Assembly: GCF_006345805.1 (NCBI RefSeq)
Contig: NW_021826800.1
Location: forward strand, 1-12,072
Direction of reading: 5' to 3'
DNA: 12,072 nucleotides
From: Octopus sinensis
Lineage: Eukaryota
A program made the position numbers and the translations under genes. The notes beneath the pieces are model-generated. The model was not told the DNA's origin and did no database searches. It was given only the letters and a program-made list of their open reading frames with translations. Positions 1 to 7,607 of the stretch are shown piece by piece (position 1 is the first letter of the stretch; each line of letters begins with the position of its first letter).

Positions 1-20
1 ATCTGTGACTAGAATGTCTG

Positions 21-456
21 AGGCCTCAGGAGTTACAAGTAGATAATGGCTGTGTGGTAAGTAGCTTGTTTACCAGCCACATGGTTCCGGGTTCAGGCCC
101 ACTGCGTGGCACCTTGGGCAAGTGTCTTCTACTATAGCCTCGGGCCAACCAAAGCCTTGTGAGTGGATTTGGTAGACGGAAACTGAAAAGAAGCCCGTCG
201 TATATATGTATATGTATATATACGTGTGTGTATTTGTGTGTCTGTGTTTGTCCCCCTAGCATTGCTTGACAACCGATGCTGGTGTGTTTATGTCCCCGTA
301 ACTTAGTGGTTCGGCAAAACAGACCGATAGAATAAGTACTGGGCTTACAAAAAGAATAAGTCCCGGAGACGAGTTGCTCGATTAAAGGTGGTGCTCCAGC
401 ATGGTCGCAGTCAAATTACTGAAACAAGTGAAAGAGAGAGAGAGAGTAAAAGAGTA
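21..456 (+). mobile_element. SINE family A, copy 1: tRNA-like head, CORE-like domain, internal (TA/TG)n, 3' module and (TAAAAGAG)n-like tail
   Basis: A-box-like TGGCTGTGTGG (47-57) and B-box-like GTTCAGGCC (91-99). ACCTTGGGCAAGTGTCTT (111-128) resembles the CORE motif ACCTTGGGCAAGTCACTT. Aligns over its length to the reverse complements of 648-1072 and 11250-11617. Confidence 0.9.
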
Positions 457-647
457 TGATACCAGTATTATCTATAGCAGTCTAGTCATTTTCAATATCA
501 TAAAGACGCATTCGCTAAACATAACCAGGAACAAGTTTTGTATGATGCCGAAACATTTTCTAGTCGTGAATTGCTACAGATAAAATCCTTGATATAATTA
601 CAAATGCTTTGCTATAAAACCTCTCTTACTATTTCCTCACGTCATAT

Positions 648-867
648 TACTCTCTTTTTACTCTTTTACTTGTTTCAGTCATTTGACTGCGGCCATGCTG
701 GAGCACCGCCTTTAGTCGAGCAAATCGACCCCGGGACTTATTCTTTGTAAGCCCAGTACTTATTCTATCGGTCTCTTTTCCCGTACCTATTCTATCGGTC
801 TCTTTTGATGCAAACACACCAGCATCGGTTGTCAAGCAATGCTAGGGGGACAAACACAGACACACAA

Positions 868-898
<31 letters not shown>

Positions 899-1072
899 CA
901 TATATACGACAGGCTTCTTTCAGTTTCCGTCTACAAAATCCACTCACAAAGCATTGGTCGGCCCGGGGCTATAGCAGAAGACACTTGCCCAAGATGCCAT
1001 GCAGTGGGACTGAACCCGGAACCATGTGGTTGGTTAGCAAGCTACTTACCACACAGCCACTCCTGCGCCTAT
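648..1072 (-). mobile_element. SINE family A, copy 2 (full length)
   Basis: Reverse complement begins ATAGGCGCAGGAGTGGCTGTGTGG and ends GACTGAAACAAGTAAAAGAGTAAAAAGAGAGTA. Highly similar to copies 1 and 3. Internal (CA)n(TA)n at about 853-906. Confidence 0.92.
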
Positions 1073-1288
1073 CATAGCATTTCATAAAACGTAGGTTTTA
1101 TTCAATAAATTTTTGCTAATTTTTTTAACAATGTTTTACATGACAAGGAAAATCACATTTTAATGAGTAGTTTATGGTGTCATTAACTTTCGAAGTTTAA
1201 AATATGTTCATCAATGCAATTCTAGCCGATGCTGCGGAGGAAACATATGGAATTAATTTTATATAGCCATGTGCTATTTCCTGTATTG

Positions 1289-1311
1289 CACACACACACA
1301 CACACACACAC
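1289..1311. repeat. (CA)n microsatellite
   Basis: Seen directly. Confidence 0.9.
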
Positions 1312-1399
1312 AGACCTCCGCGCACGCACATATCCACACTTACACACACATTCCCCCTCCTACCATTCTGCTGTCTTTGACAAAACTACTCTTCTGTCT

Positions 1400-1645
1400 T
1401 TGAAAATATCTTTCTTCACCCTTTTCCTTCCGGTCTTTCAAAATGTGACCTCGTATGTACCGTTGGCGATTTTTTTTCCCTCTGTCTTCCCTTCTCTGGA
1501 TCTTTCCTTCTCCTATGTTTCCGATGAAGAGCTCCGCTCGAAACGTTAAACCCTCCTTCTTTCCTTCTTTCCTGAGCGTCCAATAATACTATATTTGTTC
1601 CACGTCCTCGCGTTGTTGTGTTTTTTTGTGCTTTCTTGTTTGGAT

Positions 1646-1650
<5 letters not shown>
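1400..1650 (+). mobile_element. Penelope-like terminal-repeat fragment, copy 1 (5' boundary uncertain)
   Basis: 1542-1650 matches the reverse complement of 9863-9976. It contains a CCGATGA..stem..GAAACGTT hammerhead-like motif of the kind found in Penelope-like pseudo-LTRs. It ends GGATTAACT directly against (AT)n. Confidence 0.55.
1517..1551 (+). ncRNA. Minimal type I hammerhead ribozyme-like motif with U4C variant core
   Basis: GTTT (stem I), CCGATGA, A, GAGC-tcc-GCTC (stem II, G10.1:C11.1 kept), GAAA, CG-T-T (palindromic ACGT helix III, GUU triplet), AAAC (stem I). All pairings were read from the sequence. Confidence 0.5.
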
Positions 1651-1706
<56 letters not shown>

Positions 1707-1775
1707 TGGTGTGGTGGTGTGTGTGTATGATGTATATATGTATGCATGCATGTATATATATATATATATATATAT
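1651..1775. repeat. Compound (TA)n(TG)n(TA)n microsatellite
   Basis: Seen directly. Confidence 0.9.
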
Positions 1776-1776
1776 A

Positions 1777-1908
1777 CTAGCATTATGACCCGTCGTTGCC
1801 GGGTCATAGTGCTAGTGCATGTATATATGTGTATATATATGTGTACATATTACTTGTACATCTATATATATATATATCTACTCATAAAATACAATAATAT
1901 CTTGATAT

Positions 1909-1969
<61 letters not shown>

Positions 1970-2856
1970 TCTTGATATCGCTAGTGATAACAATACTCAA
2001 AATATATAACAGACTGGAATTGTAAGCCCGTCTCTTGTAATTTCGATCGATTGTATCTTGTCCTCCCTCTTGTATAGAAGTGTGGCTACAATCCAGCCTA
2101 CCTCTACTGCTGGGGTGGAGGGGGGGCATTTTAAATTTTTATCCGGCACGTCCTACGTCCCAGATATAAAGGTAAAAATATAATATTTCCACTTTGCAAG
2201 TTCAAGTCGTTGACTCAAACCTTGCTTCTATTGTGGCGAATTTACCGCCTCTGGTTAGATATCTTTCATAGTCGCACCAAGACACTTTTCGATGGTGCTT
2301 TCCTCCAGGTGTCGAAATCTTTTTTCTCTACATTGTATACATTATAGACAATAGTCTTTTCTTTAATTTAATTTTTTATTGTCCATCTGGACTATTCCAT
2401 TTCTACACGCTAATTCTATTTTTAATTTATTCCCATTCATGTGAAACCACTTATTCAAGTTCAAGTCATTGATGCAATTTTATACCAATTGCTATTTTTA
2501 CTTTTGTTATGTTACGATTACATTATACTTTAATTTGATTTTAATTATTACTTACTACATATAATTCAATTGTTATTATTATCTCTAATTTTTATTGTTA
2601 AAGTGAAAGTATCTGACATAAAATAGACAAATGTTTTTGTTTCACTTTTAACACGTAATACTGAAATAGTGGAAAAGATATGATATTGCCATGGCCTCGC
2701 TCTAGGCAAGAAGTTGAACATCTTTTTTTGCCCATGAAACTACATGGACCCTAAGTAAGGCATGTGTAAAATTTGAATGAAATTGGTTGTGTAGTTCTCA
2801 AGTTTTAAGGAAACACACAGACAGACAGACACACATTCTCAGTTTTATATATATAG

Positions 2857-2857
<1 letters not shown>
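1777..2857 (-). mobile_element. Probable non-autonomous Helitron
   Basis: The minus strand starts A|TCTATATATATAAAAC at 2857, followed by a (GTCT)n tract (about 2817-2830). It ends with a GC-rich hairpin then CTAG|T at 1777. 5' TC, 3' hairpin plus CTAG and an A|T target with no TSD are the canonical Helitron features. That the two ends belong to one element is inferred. Confidence 0.65.
1909..1962. repeat. Pure (TAA)n tract flanked by a 16-bp direct repeat
   Basis: AATAATATCTTGATAT occurs at 1893-1908 and at 1963-1978. Confidence 0.85.
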
Positions 2858-2858
<1 letters not shown>

Positions 2859-2896
<38 letters not shown>

Positions 2897-2921
2897 GTAT
2901 TGCATATATGTGCGTATGCAC

Positions 2922-2962
<41 letters not shown>
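2859..2962. repeat. Interrupted (TA)n microsatellite
   Basis: Seen directly. Confidence 0.9.
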
Positions 2963-3145
2963 TATGGCAAATGGGTTTCTATCACTGAAGTGATCCAATA
3001 AGATTGAAATCACGTGATTGGTGGTCTCTGAGCTAGGGTGGCAGGAGTTCTCCCACGCTTGCAATAACTAGCTGCCGGGGATGTCCTCTTCGTGGTTAAA
3101 TTAGCGGTATCGTCGGTTCTTGGAGAACAATCACGTTAAAATGGC

Positions 3146-3250
3146 GAAGAAGAAGAAGAAGAAGAAGAAGAAGAAGAAGAAGAAGAAGAAGAAGAAGAAG
3201 AAGAAGAAGAGAAGAAGAAAAGAAGAAGAAGAAGAAGAAGAAGAAGAAGA
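3146..3250. repeat. (GAA)n microsatellite
   Basis: Seen directly, with two small interruptions. Confidence 0.95.
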
Positions 3251-3260
3251 CAATAATGTT

Positions 3261-3404
3261 AATCCTTTCTATAGGCACAAAGCGTGAAATTTTGAGGGAG
3301 GGGTCAGTCATTTGGATCGACCCCAGTACGCAATTGATACTTAATTTTTCGACCCCGAAAGGATGAAAGGCAAAGTCGACCTCGGCGAAATTTGAACTCA
3401 GAAC
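3261..3404 (-). mobile_element. SINE family B variant with a ...GAAAGGATT end, 5'-truncated just upstream of the B-box-like motif
   Basis: CGACCCCGAAAGGATGAAAGGCAAAGTCGACCTCGGCGAAATTTGAACTCAGAAC matches the family B core at 6505-6560 and 8430-8484. Its 3' end resembles 4089-4135. Confidence 0.85.
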
Positions 3405-3405
<1 letters not shown>

Positions 3406-3469
<64 letters not shown>

Positions 3470-3472
3470 AAT
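3406..3472. repeat. (AAT)n tract, probably the expanded (TTA)n tail of the adjacent minus-strand SINE
   Basis: Seen directly; abuts the 3' end of 3473-3683. Confidence 0.85.
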
Positions 3473-3683
3473 GGTTTGGAATTTGGCCACAAGAGCAGCC
3501 ATTTTGGGGGAGGAGATGTGTCGATTACATCGATCCCAGTGTTCAACTGGTACTTATCTTATTGACCCCGGAAGGATATAAGCAAAGCCACTTCGGTGGA
3601 ATTTGAACTCAGGACGTAAAGACGGACGCCATGCCGCTAAGCATTTTGCCTGCGTGCTAAAGATTCTTCCAGCTCGCCGTCTT
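3473..3683 (-). mobile_element. SINE family B variant, full length, older and more diverged
   Basis: Aligns to family B from GTCGATTACATCGATCCCAG through GAATTTGAACTCAG to CCAGCTCGCCGTCTT. It has a distinct 3' end (reverse complement ...CTTGTGGCCAAATTCCAAACCATT). Confidence 0.8.
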
Positions 3684-3699
3684 AATAGTAATAATAATA

Positions 3700-3733
<34 letters not shown>

Positions 3734-4006
3734 TAATAATAATAATAATAATAATGAATAATAATAATATAATGATAATAATAATAATAATGATTAATAA
3801 TAATAATAATAATATATAATAATAATATTAATAATAATGATAATAATAATAAAATGATAATAATAATATAATAATATAATGATAATAATATAATAATAAT
3901 ATAATAATAATAATAATAATAATATTAATAATGATAATAATAATAATAATAATAATAATATAATAATAATAATAATGATGATGATGATGATAAGATGATA
4001 AGATGA

Positions 4007-4091
<85 letters not shown>
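3684..4091. repeat. Long compound trinucleotide array (AAT)n-(GAT)n-(ACT)n-(AAT)n
   Basis: Degenerate AAT 3684-3976, GAT 3977-4007, ACT 4008-4055, AAT 4056-4091. Confidence 0.95.
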
Positions 4092-4227
4092 CCTTTCTAC
4101 TAAAGGCACAAGGCTTGAAAATTCTGGGCAAGAGGCTAGTCGATTATATCGACCCCGAAAGGATGAACGGCAAAGAAATACTGCTAAACATTTGGTCGTG
4201 CGTGCTAACGCTTCTGCCAGCTCGCCC
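4089..4227 (-). mobile_element. SINE family B variant with two internal deletions
   Basis: Head (CTAACGCTTCTGCCAGCTCGCC) and ...GAAAGGATT end are present. The segments between the two ATCGACCCC repeats and around the B box are missing relative to 8505-8736. Confidence 0.8.
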
Positions 4228-4575
4228 GACTGCGATCGAAAAAAGTATGAGCAAACAATTAATCTTGTTCACTTGAAATATATATTCTGCAATTCATCAA
4301 TTCCGGAAGGGGTGCGGTTCTGTCTGGAAAAGTTTAATTAATAAGATAATGGGAATTTAATTAACTGAATAACGGATGTAAAGAGTGGACGGCGTAGGGT
4401 TTATGTAATCACTCTAACAGCTGGAAATAGCTGTCAGGTCTTCCTCGAATGATACCGTACCACCTTGAAATATTGGCTAATGAAGGCTTATGTGCAGACA
4501 GACAAAAAAAAAAAGGAAGAAAAGATAGGGTAGCTATAGCTGGAATATTTCTGATCATATATCTTCCTAAGGCAG

Positions 4576-4745
<170 letters not shown>

Positions 4746-5419
4746 CTGAGAAGCTCCGGACTCAAAGCAGAGACAGAGGGATTTTTAATTGCAGCACAAG
4801 ACAAAGCCTCCCCACCAGAATTACCAAAAACATGTAATGAAAAGAAATATAACAAGTAACTGCAGAATATCTGGAGATGGACAAGAAACATATCATATTA
4901 TTCTCTAGCTGCAGTCCTGGCTAAGAAGGAATATATTCACAGACAGACAGAGTTGAACCTACATACATTGGAAGCTCTGCCAACATTATGGAATAACAAC
5001 AGAAAAAAGATGGTATAGGCACACACCAGAAAAGGTCGCAGCAAACGAGAAAGCAACCATACTCTGGGATATGCCGATACACACAGATAGAGAAATTAAG
5101 GCCAACAACTAGATATTTGTCAGAGATCATGAAGAAAAAAATGCTTTCTAATTGATGTATCAATACCAGCAGATGACAACGTGTCTCTAGAAGAAATGGA
5201 GAAACTCTCAAAATACAAAGACCTGGAAATAGAGGTAACTAGAATGTGGAATCTGAAAACAGAAACAATTCCTATCATAGTAGGCGCATTAGGCATGATA
5301 AAAAATATTCAGACAAATACATAACAAAAACACCAGGACTTACAAACACATATAACATACAGAAAATTGCACTACTAGGCACCGCACACATCCTACGCAG
5401 AACACTTTCCATACAATAA
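4746..5419 (+). pseudogene. Disrupted C-terminal ORF (zinc knuckle plus RLE endonuclease) of the R4-type element
   Basis: Several frameshifts. The second knuckle Cys reads TCT (Ser) and the RPD motif near 5107-5115 is disrupted. Natural stop TAA at 5417-5419. Confidence 0.85.
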
Positions 5420-5536
5420 CCATCAGATCATCACAACAAATCACAGCACATACCCAAGGCACACAGGGCTGCGCTCGGTAGTGAAGTGAAGGCACGCTAT
5501 AAAAATAAAACTACTGAATAATAATAATAATAATAA
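4746..5536 (+). mobile_element. 5'-truncated, dead R4-clade (Dong/Rex6-like) RLE non-LTR retrotransposon with (TAA)n tail
   Basis: Translation across frameshifts gives LRSSGLKAETEGFLIAAQD..CRI(S)GDGQET..HI..LAKKEYIHR..HWKLCQHYG..ATILWDMPIHTDREIKAN..FLIDVSIPADDNV..EKLSKYKDL..MW..IPIIVGALG..ALLGTAHILRRTL. These are the CCHC knuckle and restriction-like endonuclease motifs of R4/Dong/Rex6 elements. AATAAA at 5504-5509; (AAT)n at 5517-5536. Confidence 0.88.
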
Positions 5537-5866
5537 GAGAAGAAGAAGAAGAAGAAGAGAAGAAGAAGAAGAAGAAGACAAAGAGAAGAGAAGAAGAAGA
5601 AGAAGAAGAAGAGAGAAGAAGAAGAAGCGAAGAGAAGAAGGAAAAGAAGAAGGAAAAGAAGAAGAAGAAAAGAGAGAAAAAGAAAAGACGAGAAGAAGAA
5701 GAAGAAGAGAAGAAGAAGAAGACGAAGAAGAAGAAGGAAAAGAAGAAGAAAAAGAAGAAGAAGAAAAAGAAGGAAAAGAGAGGAGGAGGAGGAGGAGGAG
5801 GAGAAGATTAAGTAGAAGAAGAGGAAGAAAAAGAACAACAACAACATCAACGGCAACAACAACAAC
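5537..5866. repeat. Degenerate (GAA)n/(GGA)n polypurine tract followed by (CAA)n
   Basis: About 290 nt almost entirely purine on + (5537-5832), then CAA units. Confidence 0.92.
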
Positions 5867-5890
5867 CTTTGGAGCTGAAAGGCAAAAATA

Positions 5891-5973
5891 GGACTCAAAA
5901 CGTAAAGGGTCATAACCAAACAGCACAAGGTATTTCATCCTGTGCTCAACCGATTTTGTCATCTACGCTTCCT
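5891..5973 (-). mobile_element. Possible very diverged 5' fragment of a family B SINE
   Basis: ACTCAAAACGTAAAG..GTGCTCAACCGATTTTGTCATCTACGC loosely parallels ACTCAGGACGTAAAG..GTGCTAAAGATTCTTCCAGCTCGCC (3607-3678). Confidence 0.3.
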
Positions 5974-6274
5974 AACGTATATGAGTGTCTTTGTATGCTT
6001 GAGGCATATTCAAACCCGTAAGAAAGCCATTCACGACATTTTGTCATGAAAAAAGTCTCTCATTGTAGACATATACGCCGTTGAAATAGACAAAGTTTAA
6101 TTGTTATATATAAAATATCGGAGATGTACTTGCATAGCAAGTGACCTGATCTGAGATCGTGTGCTGGAACGAAAACAATTGCAGCGTGGAAGGTGTTTAT
6201 AAAAGATCTAAAGATATCAATGGGCAGGCAATGTGACATAGCCAACTAGCTGGCTATGTAGCAATATATGTGTA

Positions 6275-6736
6275 TCTTTTATATTTTATTTGTTTCAGCC
6301 GTTGGACTATGGCCATGCTGGGGCATTGCCTGAAAAGGTTTTAGTCAAATAGATTGACCGCAGTCTGATACTTATTCTATTGATATATATTTCTTTATTG
6401 CCCACAAGGGGCTAAACATAGAGGGGACAAACAAGGACAGACAAAGGGATTAAGTCGATTACATCGATTACATCGACCCCGGTGCGCAACTGGTACTTTA
6501 TTTATCGACCCCGAAAGGATGAAAGGCAAAGTCGACCTCGGCGGAATTTGAACTCACAACGTAACGACAGACGAAATACGGCTACGCATTTCGCCCGGCG
6601 TGCTAACGTTTCTGCCAGCTCGCCGCCTCATTCTATTGATATATTTTACCGAACTGCTAAGTTGCGGTGTAAAGGAATGATCATCGCTGTCAAGCGGTGA
6701 AGGGGTACAAACACAGACACAAAGACACGTACACAT
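6275..6736 (-). mobile_element. Old SINE family A copy (3' module only), split by a family B insertion
   Basis: TGTTTCAGCCGTTGGACTATGGCCATGCTGGGGCA and TTTACCGAACTGCTAAGTTGCGG..TGTCAAGCGGTGAAGGGGTACAAACACAGACAC align to the family A 3' module on either side of 6389-6629. Confidence 0.75.
6389..6629 (-). mobile_element. SINE family B, full length, with 15-bp TSD
   Basis: TSD ATTCTATTGATATAT at 6374-6388 and 6630-6644. Reverse complement starts GAGGCGGCGAGCTGGCAGAAACGTTAG and has B-box-like GAGTTCAAATTCC. The core GAGGTCGACTTTGCCTTTCATCCTTTCGGGGTCGATAAA resembles the Meta domain as I recall it (unverified). Confidence 0.92.
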
Positions 6737-6881
6737 TTACGACATGCATGTGCGCACGCATGGCTGGCTGTTGACAAATTTTTCCGCAAAATATGGTTAC
6801 TTTATTCTGTTCCTGCTGTTCTATCAGCATTATTCCGTGTTTGTGAATAAATTATTTCCTTATCTGTATTTTACAATTCAG

Positions 6882-6955
6882 ATACCTACAAAAAATTAGG
6901 GAGAAACATGGTACCCTGCTCGTGAGTGATGGCTATGAGTTTTATACTTATGATG
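6882..6955 (+). CDS. Candidate internal coding exon of an unidentified gene (phase 2 to phase 1): x-YLQKIREKHGTLLVSDGYEFYTYD
   Basis: Pyrimidine-rich acceptor TTTCCTTATCTGTATTTTACAATTCAG and donor ATG|GTAAGC. Only one frame is open, and its exit phase matches the exon at 10618. Confidence 0.55.
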
Positions 6956-7509
6956 GTAAGCTGAAAATAATTTTTAATTAAAATTATGTCACTAATGGGA
7001 AGACAAGTAATTAGCGTTCATAAAAATTATTCGAGAGAGAGAGAGAGAGGTGGCGAGAGTGAAAGGGATAGAGACAGAAAGAACTAAACAAGTTTCAGTT
7101 ATTCAAGACTTGTAAGGATAGAAATGAATCCATCTTTGACAGTAGCCACGGACAACTTTCGACCATATTGGATCTCATCGGCAAAGTATAGCCTACAAGA
7201 CAGCTGTGAAGATACCAAACCGATTTGTTGATACAGTTAATTTTCTGTTTGAAAATTATCTATCATTATCCTAATTAAACTAATAATAATGATAATAATA
7301 ATGAAATTTCTCGAAGAGCCTTCACTATGGACAGTGCAGGCTGCCATACTTAATAACCATAATTAATCAAAATTACGATGACAGTGTAAAGAAAAATATT
7401 TGAAGTTAATGAAACCTTTTTCTTTGAAGAGGTAAGGGCGAGAACTTCAATCAGCAAAAATACTAAATAGAGATGTACAAGGAAGAGGAGACAAACACTT
7501 AAACAGAGG

Positions 7510-7521
7510 GATAGATAGATG

Positions 7522-7607
<86 letters not shown>

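Noticed and set aside
26-1087. Recurring ORFs MLGGQTQTHK.. and MRNWYFIYRP.. (also at 6482, 7621, 11267, 11394)
   Set aside because: They are incidental frames within SINE families A and B; they recur because the SINEs recur.
4395-4575. Segment resembling the 3' part of another octopus repeat as I remember it
   Set aside because: There is no second copy in the window and no hallmark I can verify; it needs a RepeatMasker or BLAST search.
6008-6100. Isolated splice-like sites (GTAAGA near 6021; acceptor at 6068)
   Set aside because: The resulting exons are tiny or hit a stop, and none gives the phase 2 exit needed for the exon at 6882.
6105-6200. Segment resembling a common octopus repeat as I remember it
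   Set aside because: Memory only; no termini, TSD or second copy in the window.
6236-6259. 9-bp hairpin ACATAGCCA-actagc-TGGCTATGT
   Set aside because: Short and isolated, with no supporting context; compatible with chance.
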